Below, piece by piece: positions 53,746 to 63,661 of a stretch of 63,661 bases of DNA. The notes beneath the pieces were generated by a model. It did not search any database and was not told the origin of the DNA. It was given only the letters and a program-made list of their open reading frames with translations. Made by a program: the position numbers and the translations under genes. Numbering within the stretch: the stretch's first letter is position 1; every line of letters begins with the position of its first letter. Origin of the DNA: an uncultured Oscillospiraceae bacterium (GTDB lineage: Bacteria; Bacillota; Clostridia; Oscillospirales; Oscillospiraceae); the NCBI GenBank assembly GCA_947626385.1, contig CANQSD010000001.1:1-63661 (forward strand), read 5' to 3'.

Positions 53746-54867
53746 TCACAGTCCCCTGAGGCCCCGCTTGACGCGGATGGCGTGGACGGGGCACATCTCC
53801 TGACAGCAGAAGCAGGAGATACAGCCCTTTTTGGGCATCCCGGCCTTTTTGTCCACGACCTTGATGATCTTCTGGGGACAGCTCTCGGCGCACTTGCCGC
53901 AGCCCACGCATTTGGACCTGTCCACCTTGGGATAGGAGCGCAGGAGGTTGTCCAGCACAAATTCCGCGGGCTTGCGCAGGAGCCTGGGCACCGAGTCCTC
54001 AAACCCGGTGCTCTTCACCGCGTCGGGGAGCCTGAAGGCGGGGGAGCAGGGGACAAGCTCATCGCCGGTGACGTCGATTTTCTCCGGCCACAGGCCCATG
54101 GCCCGGGCGGCCCTCAGATGGGGCATTTCCTCCGGGTCCAGCCCCATGAACCGCACCGCCGTCACGTCCAGGGCGTAGACGTTCCTGGCGCACATCGTAA
54201 GGCCGGTGTGCCGCACCGTGCCGCCGCCGGGGCCGTTGCCCTCCATGGAGTCCACGGCGTCCAGAAGCGTCACATTCGGCCGCACCGTCTCGCAAAGCTC
54301 GCACAGCATATGGACGAAGTCCTCCGTTTTGGGATAGCGCCGGTGCATATCCGGCTTTTGAAGGCCGGGGATGGTGCCGAAGAGGTTCTTGACGCCGATG
54401 GACACGGTGGTCATGGCGTGGGTCTTGAGCTTGGGGAGGTTGATGATGTAATCGGCACGCGTCACGGCGGAGATGAGGTTGAAGCTCTTTACCGTAAACC
54501 CTTCCCTGGTGGGAACCCGCTCATAGGTGAAGTCGCGGTTCAGATACTCCTCGATCCCCGGCACCCGCAGACCCGAGGCGCCGTAGACCGTGCGCATATA
54601 CTCGGCGGTGAACAGACCGCCGGAGCTGTCCGCCACCACGATCTTCTCGATGCCGCACTCGCGCAGCCACCGGATGACCGCTTTCAAAACAGCGGGGTTG
54701 GTGGTGATGCCCGCCTCCGGCTTTTTGCCGTAGAGGAGGTTGGGCTTTAAAAGCACCGTCATGGACGGGGACAGATCCCCCGCCACCTCCATCGCCTCGA
54801 AATGCCGGCATACGGCGTTGTAGACGTCCCGCTCGTCGTAGGACGAGGTTTTGACAACATGGACCAT
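53746..54867 (-). CDS. DUF362 domain protein with C-terminal 2x[4Fe-4S] ferredoxin domain
   Basis: DUF362-like N-terminal part (VLLKPNLL...VVADSSGG), and CVGCGKCAESCP plus CISCFCCQEMCP. ATG 54867 is preceded by GGAGGGA. Confidence 0.7.
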   Translation of the reverse strand: MVHVVKTSSYDERDVYNAVCRHFEAMEVAGDLSPSMTVLLKPNLLYGKKPEAGITTNPAVLKAVIRWLRECGIEKIVVADSSGGLFTAEYMRTVYGASGLRVPGIEEYLNRDFTYERVPTREGFTVKSFNLISAVTRADYIINLPKLKTHAMTTVSIGVKNLFGTIPGLQKPDMHRRYPKTEDFVHMLCELCETVRPNVTLLDAVDSMEGNGPGGGTVRHTGLTMCARNVYALDVTAVRFMGLDPEEMPHLRAARAMGLWPEKIDVTGDELVPCSPAFRLPDAVKSTGFEDSVPRLLRKPAEFVLDNLLRSYPKVDRSKCVGCGKCAESCPQKIIKVVDKKAGMPKKGCISCFCCQEMCPVHAIRVKRGLRGL

Positions 54868-54944
54868 ACTATCCCTCCGGACTTTTTTTCTCATCATACC
54901 AGACCTTCGGACGGATTGCAATAAATCTTTGTAAGGAATTGCTT

Positions 54945-56051
54945 ATGGAATTGAAGCTATGCGCCCCCTGCCTCTTCGGGCTGGAGGGCCCTTTGGGAAA
55001 CGAGCTGCGGCACATGGGCCTGCGGGACGCGCGGGGTGAGAACGGCCGGGTCTTTTTTTCCGGGACCGAGACCGATATGGCCCGCGCCAATCTCAAAAGC
55101 CGCTTTGCCGAACGGGTCCTCATCGAGCTGGGCCGCTTCCCGGCAAAAACCTTTGACGAGCTCTTTGAGGGGACCCGGAGCCTTCCCTGGGAGTGGTTCA
55201 TCCCCAAGACCGGCGCCTTTCCGGTGAAGGGCTGGAGCCTGGAATCACAGCTCCACTCCGTACCCGACTGTCAGGCTATTGTGAAGAAGGCCGTCAGCGC
55301 CCGCCTGGGCGCCAAATACGGCCTTACATGGCTGCCTGAGACGGGGGAGACGTACCAGATCCAGTTCTCCCTTTTGAAGGACGAGGCGGTGCTGTTCCTG
55401 GACACCTCCGGCACAGGCCTCCACAAGCGGGGCTACCGCCCCGCCCAGGTCACCGCTCCCATCCGGGAGACGCTGGCCGCAGCGCTGGTGGACATCGCCG
55501 GCTACAGGGGGAGAGGGGACTTCTGCGACCCCTTCTGCGGCAGCGGTACCATCGCCATTGAGGCCGCCCTGGCGGCCAAAAACCGCGCCCCCGGCATTGA
55601 TCGTGCCTTTGCCGCCGAACGGTGGCGCGGCCTCAACGTCAACTGGAGCGCCCTCCGGGAGGAGGCACGCGCCAAAGAATTTGACCGCGATTACCGTATC
55701 TTCGCCTCCGACATCGACGAGAAGGCCGTCTCTATTGCCCGCCAGAACGCCAAACGCGCCGGCGTGGACGGCGTCATCACCTTCGAGGTCCTGGACGCCG
55801 CCAAATTCTCCCGCCGCACCGACGCCGGCATCATCGTCACCAATCCCCCCTACGGCGAGCGGCTGGGCGACCTCCGCGAGGCCCAGAGGACCGTCCGGGA
55901 TTTCGGCGGGGCCATGAAAAATCTTCCCAACTGGCAGGTCAACATCATCTCCTCCGACGAGGAGCTGGAGAAATCCTTCGGCCGCCGCGCCGCCAGGGTG
56001 AGGAAGCTCTATAACGGCATGATCCGGTGCGGCTATTACATGTTCAAATAA
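54945..56051 (+). CDS. THUMP-domain class I SAM-dependent RNA methyltransferase (RlmL/YpsC-like)
   Basis: THUMP N-domain, DPFCGSGT SAM motif and NPPYGERLG. ATG 54945 follows TAAGGAA. Confidence 0.8.
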   Translation: MELKLCAPCLFGLEGPLGNELRHMGLRDARGENGRVFFSGTETDMARANLKSRFAERVLIELGRFPAKTFDELFEGTRSLPWEWFIPKTGAFPVKGWSLESQLHSVPDCQAIVKKAVSARLGAKYGLTWLPETGETYQIQFSLLKDEAVLFLDTSGTGLHKRGYRPAQVTAPIRETLAAALVDIAGYRGRGDFCDPFCGSGTIAIEAALAAKNRAPGIDRAFAAERWRGLNVNWSALREEARAKEFDRDYRIFASDIDEKAVSIARQNAKRAGVDGVITFEVLDAAKFSRRTDAGIIVTNPPYGERLGDLREAQRTVRDFGGAMKNLPNWQVNIISSDEELEKSFGRRAARVRKLYNGMIRCGYYMFK

Positions 56052-56073
56052 AGATAAGAGGGGATAAAGAGAC

Positions 56074-57018
56074 ATGAAGCACCTTTTTATCGTGAACCCC
56101 GTCGCCGGGGGTAAGCAGAACGACAAGACCGGGCTCCGGGAAAAGATCGCGTCCCTCATGGACGGGCGCGGGGAGAACTATGAGATCTACGAGACGGTGG
56201 GCGTCATGGACGCCGCCGAGAAGGTCAAGCGGGAGGCCATCCGCGGGGAGGAACTGCGCGTCTACGCCTGCGGCGGGGACGGAACTCTCTCCGAGTGCGC
56301 CCACGGCGCGGCGGGGTACCGCAACGCGGCGGTGACCCACTACCCCTGCGGCACCGGCAACGACTTCGTGCGGATGTTCGGCCCCGACGCGGCCCTTTTC
56401 AGCGACCTTGAGGCGCTGGTGGACGGGACCGTGGGGCCCATGGATATCATCGACGTCAACGGCCGCAAGTGCCTGAACATCGCCTCTGTGGGCATCGACG
56501 CCCGGGTGGGCATCGACGTCCATAAGTATTCCCAGCTGCCTGTCATCGGCGGGGCGGGGGGATACGTCATCTCCCTGCTGGTCAACGTCATCAAGGGCAT
56601 CAACAAGCACTATACCGTCACCACGGACGAGGGGAGCACGACGGGCAAATTCGCCCTCATCTGCGCCTGCAACGGCCAGTACTACGGCGGCGGCTTCCAC
56701 CCCACCGGCGCCGCCACGCCGGAGGACGGCGTCCTTGATATGCTCATCGTCAAAAAGGTGAGCCGTTTCACCCTGGCGCGGCTTTTGAAATATTACGCCT
56801 CCGGGCGGTATGCCGACTATCCCGAGTACATACGCTATGAGGCGGGCCGCCACCTGAAGATCGAGGACGAGCGCGAGTTTTCCGTCAGCATCGACGGCGA
56901 GGCCCTCTATACAAAACGCGCCGTCTTCAAGCTCATCCCCGGCGGGGTCAACTTTATCTACCCCAGGGGCTGTCGGAAGGTCAGCGAAATCGTCAAAGTA
57001 GAGACAGCGGCTGTATAA
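56074..57018 (+). CDS. Diacylglycerol/lipid kinase family protein (YegS/DagK-like)
   Basis: IVNPVAGG, ACGGDGTLSE, YPCGTGNDF. Confidence 0.85.
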   Translation: MKHLFIVNPVAGGKQNDKTGLREKIASLMDGRGENYEIYETVGVMDAAEKVKREAIRGEELRVYACGGDGTLSECAHGAAGYRNAAVTHYPCGTGNDFVRMFGPDAALFSDLEALVDGTVGPMDIIDVNGRKCLNIASVGIDARVGIDVHKYSQLPVIGGAGGYVISLLVNVIKGINKHYTVTTDEGSTTGKFALICACNGQYYGGGFHPTGAATPEDGVLDMLIVKKVSRFTLARLLKYYASGRYADYPEYIRYEAGRHLKIEDEREFSVSIDGEALYTKRAVFKLIPGGVNFIYPRGCRKVSEIVKVETAAV

Positions 57019-57085
57019 AAGGATGCTGAATATGTGCATAATGACTATTGCTTAAATTGCCCATTTGCGCTAAACTATAGACAAG

Positions 57086-57112
57086 TTAGCACTCGGACCA
57101 AAAGAGTGCTAA
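57086..57112 (+). promoter_or_regulatory. CIRCE operator (HrcA binding site)
   Basis: TTAGCACTC-N9-GAGTGCTAA, a perfect consensus inverted repeat 47 nt upstream of groES. Confidence 0.85.
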
Positions 57113-57158
57113 AACCTGCAAGGTCAAATCAACTATGGATATAGGAGGCAAAACCAGC

Positions 57159-57443
57159 ATGAAGCTCAAACCGTTGGCAGACAGAGTCATCATCAAGCGC
57201 GTCCCGGCTGAGGAGACTACCAAGTCCGGCCTTATCCTCACCAGCTCCGCCCAGGAGAAGCCCCAGGTCTACGAGGTCGTGGCCGTTGGCCCCGGCGGGT
57301 TCATCGACGGCAACGAGGTGGAGATGGAGGTCGAGGTCGGCGATAAGGTCATCACCGGCAAGTACACCGGCACCGACGTGAAGTTTGAGGGCGAGGAGTA
57401 CACCATTGTCAAGCAGAGCGAGATCCTCGCCATCGTGGAGTAA
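57159..57443 (+). CDS. groES: Co-chaperonin GroES
   Basis: MKLKPLADRVIIKRV...GLILT... AGGAGG precedes ATG 57159. Confidence 0.95.
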   Translation: MKLKPLADRVIIKRVPAEETTKSGLILTSSAQEKPQVYEVVAVGPGGFIDGNEVEMEVEVGDKVITGKYTGTDVKFEGEEYTIVKQSEILAIVE

Positions 57444-57455
57444 TCAAGGAGGTAA

Positions 57456-59090
<1,635 letters not shown>

Positions 59091-59122
59091 TAAACCCATC
59101 CCGACAATAAAGAACGCACGAG

Positions 59123-59160
59123 CCCCCGGACCGGATCGTCTCCGGCCCGGGGGCTTTTCT
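59123..59160 (+). terminator. groESL terminator
   Basis: CCCCCGGACCGGA-TCGT-CTCCGGCCCGGGGG followed by CTTTTCT. Confidence 0.65.
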
Positions 59161-59200
59161 GTCGGCTTGTCGGTTTGGAGGGAGCTTTCGAAATCAGAAT

Positions 59201-59229
59201 TTGACAAGTTCCCGCGGAGGGTATATACT
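59201..59229 (+). promoter_or_regulatory. Putative sigma-A promoter
   Basis: TTGACA (59201-59206), 17-nt spacer, TATACT (59224-59229). Confidence 0.5.
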
Positions 59230-59288
59230 GTTCATGTCATTACGCGGATCGACGCCGTCCGGCGATTGGACGAAATGGGGGAATAGCT

Positions 59289-60983
59289 GTGAAGAAAATA
59301 CTGGGATGGATCCTTGCCGCGGCCATGCTCATCGGCATCATGCCGGCGGCGCTGGCGGTTGGGGGCATGGAGGAGAAATTTCCCGACATCCACGACTTCT
59401 ATGCCGACGAGGTAGAGGATGTAGCGGAGGACTGGGGCCTTTCAGGGATCGTGGCAGCGTATGACACCGGGCTTATGATGGGTACGGCGATCGGGCGGTT
59501 TTCGCCCGACTCCGACTTCACCGTGGCACAGGCCATCACTGTGGCGGTCAGGATCCAGGCGGCCCTGATGGGTTACGATGCCGAAGCAGAGCAAGGGGAG
59601 AAGTGGTACAGCGGCTACGTGACGCTTGCCAAGATACACGGCATCTTTGAGCCCTACGAGTTTCCCACGGATGAGTCCCTGATGGCGCCGGTGACGCGCG
59701 GCCAAATGGCGGGGCTCTTCTATAACGCCATCTCCGGTGTATTTGGCAGCGACGACAAGCTCAACGATATAGCGTCCATCGGCGACATAAAGGAAGGGAC
59801 CACCAGGTACAGGCCTGTTAAATACCTTATGGAGCTTGGGATCCTGACAGGCTACGATGAATACGGGACCTTCTGGCCGGGAAACTACATTACCCGCAAG
59901 GAGGCCGCCGCCGTTGTGGCGAGAGTGGTCCGCCCGGAGCTGCGGGTGCAGTTCACCACTCAGGAGAAGCCCCACGATCCCGAGATGCCGTCCGATTTGA
60001 CCGTCTACACCACAGACAAGCTGCTTGGCATCGATGGGGCGCTTATACCGGGCATTTTTGAAATAGGCGGAGAGTATTATTTCTACTTCAATAACCTCGT
60101 CGAATACATCTCCTTTATTTATGACTCTGATGGGGACAGGGGACTACCGTCGTACTTCTATTTTGAAACCGCGTCCAATAAAAAGGGCGATGTATATCGA
60201 TGCGGATTGGATATCACACGCTCTCCCTTTGACACCGTCGTTATCCCGGAGGCACTGCCCTGCGGAAGGAAGGCGATCGGTACGGCGGAGATGCCTGATT
60301 GTACCTTGGAGCTGTGCGTCATAAGGGAGTATGATGGGTATTATAGGGAGGACAGAGACGTATTCCGAAACGGCATCGTAACCCTTGGCGGGGAATATCC
60401 CATGGTGCGCCTGTCGCTCATCGGCTACGCGGAGAACGGAAATGTCATTGACCTCAACTGCGGTGAGCGGTTCGATGGCGATGTAAGCTATGAGAAGGAC
60501 CTGATGGGCCCGATGATCTCGAATCTGCAAAAGGGGGAGGCGCGCTCTACCGCCCGCGCCCTCCACGATTCACTGATCAATACATGTACCTATGATCCGC
60601 TGACAGCCGCCGCCAGTTATTTTACCCCGAGCATGATAGAGGAAGCCGCGGCGGCTCAGAGAGAGGCCAAGGCAGCGTACGACACCAGGTACAATATCAT
60701 GCTTGCCTCCGGCTATGGCGTATGCCAGGACTACGCCGACACGTACTTGGAGATGTGCCTGCGCTCGGGCATCCCGTGCAGATGTATCAGCGGGTATGGC
60801 AACGGCGGGGGGCACCTCTGGAACAAGGTCTATGTGGACGGACAGTGGCTGTATGTGGACTGCACCTGGGACGATCCATTGGGCCGGAAACCGTTCCTTG
60901 ATCACGATTATTTCCTCATTGACGCCTTCCAGCTTGCGCAGGACCACAGCTGGGAGGAGGACGGGTTCTACTATTTTTCCTGA
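59289..60983 (+). CDS. Secreted protein with three degenerate SLH-like repeats and a C-terminal transglutaminase-like cysteine protease core
   Basis: GTG start and signal peptide MKKILGWILAAAMLIGIMPAALA. SLH-like segments (FPDI....ADEV...., ...ITRKEAAAVVARVV). C-H-D core context GYGVCQDYA...GGGHLWNKVY...YVDCTWDD. Confidence 0.7.
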   Translation: MKKILGWILAAAMLIGIMPAALAVGGMEEKFPDIHDFYADEVEDVAEDWGLSGIVAAYDTGLMMGTAIGRFSPDSDFTVAQAITVAVRIQAALMGYDAEAEQGEKWYSGYVTLAKIHGIFEPYEFPTDESLMAPVTRGQMAGLFYNAISGVFGSDDKLNDIASIGDIKEGTTRYRPVKYLMELGILTGYDEYGTFWPGNYITRKEAAAVVARVVRPELRVQFTTQEKPHDPEMPSDLTVYTTDKLLGIDGALIPGIFEIGGEYYFYFNNLVEYISFIYDSDGDRGLPSYFYFETASNKKGDVYRCGLDITRSPFDTVVIPEALPCGRKAIGTAEMPDCTLELCVIREYDGYYREDRDVFRNGIVTLGGEYPMVRLSLIGYAENGNVIDLNCGERFDGDVSYEKDLMGPMISNLQKGEARSTARALHDSLINTCTYDPLTAAASYFTPSMIEEAAAAQREAKAAYDTRYNIMLASGYGVCQDYADTYLEMCLRSGIPCRCISGYGNGGGHLWNKVYVDGQWLYVDCTWDDPLGRKPFLDHDYFLIDAFQLAQDHSWEEDGFYYFS

Positions 60984-61152
60984 CGGCGTCGCCGAACCGC
61001 AAGATCGCGCGGATCGGAAGGGCCCGATGGGGCGGGGGAGAGGGCGGCGCGCCGCCCGGTTCCACGCCCCTATATGAAAGCCGGCCGGCGCCGACCGGCT
61101 ATTTAAAGCTTATGCCGGGGGCCCGAGGGGTGCCACCGGGGAGGGACAAGAT

Positions 61153-61800
61153 ATGGTCAAGATCGCGCCCAGCATTTTAGCCGCCGATTTCGTAAAACTC
61201 GGCGAGGATATCCGCAGCATCGAATCCGCCGATATGCTCCATTTTGACGTGATGGACGGGGTCTTCGTGCCCAATTTATCCTTCGGTCTGCCGGTCATCA
61301 AGTGCGTGCGGGCTTTTACCAAACTCCCGCTGGACGTGCATCTGATGATCACGCGGCCGATAAGCCTTGTGGAAAAATTTATCGACAAGGGCGCCGACAC
61401 CGTCACCTTCCACCTGGAGGCCGACGAGCCGGAGAGGGTGCTGGAGGCGCTGAAGCTTATCCACGCCCGGGGAAAGAAGGCCGGCCTGTCCGTCAAGCCC
61501 GCCACGCCCGTGTCCATGCTGGAGCCCTACGCCGAGCTTCTCGACAACATCCTCATCATGTCCGTGGAGCCGGGCTTTGGCGGCCAGAGCTTCATGGACG
61601 GGTCCCTTCGGAAGATCGAGGAGGCCCGCGCCCTGGCCGACGCCGTGGGCCGGGGGTGCGAGGTGGAGGTGGACGGCGGCATCAACCGCCTGACGGCCCG
61701 CGCCTCAATAAGCGCGGGAGCCACTGTACTGGTCGCCGGGAGCGACGTCTTCAAGGCCGCCGACAGGGCCGCCGAGATCCGGGAATTGAGAGGTAACTGA
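61153..61800 (+). CDS. rpe: Ribulose-phosphate 3-epimerase
   Basis: APSILAADF, HFDVMDG.FVPN, MSVEPGFGGQ.F. Confidence 0.9.
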   Translation: MVKIAPSILAADFVKLGEDIRSIESADMLHFDVMDGVFVPNLSFGLPVIKCVRAFTKLPLDVHLMITRPISLVEKFIDKGADTVTFHLEADEPERVLEALKLIHARGKKAGLSVKPATPVSMLEPYAELLDNILIMSVEPGFGGQSFMDGSLRKIEEARALADAVGRGCEVEVDGGINRLTARASISAGATVLVAGSDVFKAADRAAEIRELRGN

Positions 61801-61801
61801 C

Positions 61802-62401
61802 ATGAGCTTTTTCCCCTCCGCTCTGGACGAGCTGGTCGAAAAATTCGCCTCCCTGCCGGGGATCGGCCTCAAATCCGCCCAGCGGTTGGCCTTCCACATC
61901 CTGGCCCTTCCCGAGGAGGACGCCAGGAGCTTCGCCGCCGCCATTGTCAACGCCCGGGAGAACGTCCACACCTGCCCCATTTGCCAAAACCTCACCGACC
62001 GGGAGACGTGCGATATCTGCCGCTCCGACCTGCGGGACGGCTCCGTCATCTGCGTGGTGGCGAGCCCCAAGGACGTGGCGGCTATCGAGCGCGCCAATGA
62101 GTATAAGGGCCGCTATCACGTGCTCCACGGCGTCATTTCACCCCTCAACCGCATCGGGCCCGACGATATCCGCATCAAGGAGCTGGTCAGCCGCGTGGCG
62201 GACGGGGAGGTGCGGGAGGTCATCATGGCCATGAACCCGGACACGGAGGGGGAGACTACCGCCAAGTACATCTCCCGCCTTTTGAAGCCCTTCGGCGTGA
62301 AGGTCACGCGCCTTGCCTACGGCATCCCCGTGGGCGCGAGCCTGGAGTTTGCCGACGACGCCACGCTGATGCGCGCGCTGGAGGGGCGGCAAGAGATCTG
62401 A
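61802..62401 (+). CDS. recR: Recombination protein RecR
   Basis: LPGIG.KSAQRLAFH, Zn finger CPICQNLTDRETCDIC, Toprim domain. Confidence 0.95.
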   Translation: MSFFPSALDELVEKFASLPGIGLKSAQRLAFHILALPEEDARSFAAAIVNARENVHTCPICQNLTDRETCDICRSDLRDGSVICVVASPKDVAAIERANEYKGRYHVLHGVISPLNRIGPDDIRIKELVSRVADGEVREVIMAMNPDTEGETTAKYISRLLKPFGVKVTRLAYGIPVGASLEFADDATLMRALEGRQEI

Positions 62402-62513
62402 GGTCAAATTCTACAATTTTTTCTGATTTTCCCGCCGCTCATGCGGTATTTTGTCGCTTGCATTTTCTCCCCTCAGGGTGTAAACTGGGTTACCCTGAAG
62501 GGAGAGATTTTTT

Positions 62514-63661
62514 ATGGTCATGCTCATCGAGCTCTCTATTGCTATGTTCGGCGGCCTTTTGATGTCCCGCCTTGCCAAAAAGCTGAACCTCCCCGCCGTG
62601 ACGGCGTATCTGGTGGCCGGCGTCCTGCTGGGGCCCTTCTGCCTGGGGCTTTTGGGCGTCCGGGGCCTGGGCTTTACCACCATGGAGGAGGTCAAGACTC
62701 TGGACCTCATCTCCCAGGTGGCACTGGGCTTCATCGCCTTCACCATCGGCAACGAGTTCCGTCTGGACCAGCTCAAGCACATGGGCAAACAGGCCATCAC
62801 CGTGGGCATTCTCCAGGCCGTTTTCACCACAGTGCTGGTGGACCTGGGTCTTGTGGCGCTCCACTTTATCAAGCCCAGCCTCATCTCTGTCTCCTCCGCC
62901 ATTACTCTGGGCGCGATCGCCTCCGCCACGGCCCCGGCGGCCACGCTGATGGTGGTGCGCCAGTATAAGGCCAAGGGCCCGCTGACGAAGCTCCTGCTGC
63001 TGGTGGTGGCCATCGACGACGCGGTGGGTCTGGTGCTCTTCTCCGCCTCCTTCGGCGTCGCTCAGGCGCTGGAGGCCGGGGCCATGGATATCACGTCCAT
63101 CCTTCTGGAGCCCGTCATCGAGATCGTCCTCTCGCTCCTTTTGGGCGGCGTCGCCGGGTGGCTCCTCCACCGGATCGAGAAATATTTCCACTCCCGCTCC
63201 AAGCGCCTCACCCTCTCCATCGCCTGTGTCTTCCTCACCGCCGGCCTGTCTATGGCGGAATTTGAGGTGGGCGGCGTGAAGATCGGCTTCAGCCTTCTGC
63301 TCGTGTGCATGATGGCCGGGACGGTCTTCTGCAACATCTGCGACTTCTCCCAGGAGCTCATGGGGCGTCTGGACGACTGGACCGCGCCGGTGTTTGTGCT
63401 CTTCTTCGTCCTCTCCGGCACGGAGCTGGATCTGGGTATACTCTCCAACCCGCTGGTCTTGCTGGTGGGTGTGGTATATATCATCCTGCGTTCGGCGGGC
63501 AAATATTTCGGCGCTTACTCCAGCTGCGCCATGACCCACTGCAACAAGGAGATCACCAAATACATCGGCATCACCCTTCTGCCTCAGGCCGGCGTGGCCC
63601 TGGGCATGGCCCTGACGGCCCAGCAGTTGTCCGACGGGTCCGTGGTCCGCAATGTGGTGCT
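62514..63661 (+). CDS. Cation:proton antiporter (CPA2/Kef-type), 3'-truncated by the window end
   Basis: My own translation from ATG 62514 (not in the track because no stop is reached): MVMLIELSIAMFGGLLMSRLAKKLNLPAVTAYLVAGVLLGP..., polytopic and open to 63661. The two long minus-strand ORFs here are antisense artefacts. Confidence 0.8.
   Translation, partial: MVMLIELSIAMFGGLLMSRLAKKLNLPAVTAYLVAGVLLGPFCLGLLGVRGLGFTTMEEVKTLDLISQVALGFIAFTIGNEFRLDQLKHMGKQAITVGILQAVFTTVLVDLGLVALHFIKPSLISVSSAITLGAIASATAPAATLMVVRQYKAKGPLTKLLLLVVAIDDAVGLVLFSASFGVAQALEAGAMDITSILLEPVIEIVLSLLLGGVAGWLLHRIEKYFHSRSKRLTLSIACVFLTAGLSMAEFEVGGVKIGFSLLLVCMMAGTVFCNICDFSQELMGRLDDWTAPVFVLFFVLSGTELDLGILSNPLVLLVGVVYIILRSAGKYFGAYSSCAMTHCNKEITKYIGITLLPQAGVALGMALTAQQLSDGSVVRNVV

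Overview
High-GC (about 60-70% in most genes, counted by hand on sampled lines) Firmicutes/Clostridia-type chromosomal segment. Supporting marks are PolC, a CIRCE-controlled groESL, a SpoIVFA/SpoIVFB-like pair and SLH-anchored surface proteins; an Oscillospiraceae-like origin is only an inference. I call about 58 protein genes, tRNA-Pro(CGG) at the left edge and a tmRNA (ssrA) on the minus strand.

Most of the window is core housekeeping:
- feoAB, a D-Ala-D-Ala carboxypeptidase, comEA, an OmpR/HK pair, the radical-SAM TIGR03960/TIGR03936 pair and pfkA.
- smpB-ppiB-SDR-ssrA.
- pyrH-frr-uppS-cdsA-dxr-rseP-ispG-polC.
- groESL, rpe and recR.

Accessory or unusual patches:
1. A 7.4-kb gene for a 2460-aa mosaic SLH-anchored surface protein. 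A four-gene Gfo-like/GT2/polytopic membrane/GtrA glycosylation cluster follows it.
2. A family of GC-rich hairpins plus a roughly 85-100-nt repeat unit. The unit sits just downstream of gene 3' ends at 2750-3440 and 20196-20395.
3. A membrane Ser/Thr-kinase-like protein with HGE in place of HRD and two extracellular YARHG domains, apparently co-transcribed with polC.
4. A low-GC single-gene islet encoding a small HExxH protein at 33.4-34.3 kb.
5. An orphan promoter-hairpin-U6 unit between ssrA and udp, which is a candidate small RNA.
6. Extra genes wedged into the conserved pyrH...polC cluster.

I saw no CRISPR array, transposase, integrase, prophage block or recognisable defence system, and I cannot name one clear-cut novel system. 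The items above are the best leads. The many long antisense ORFs in the track are treated as high-GC artefacts.
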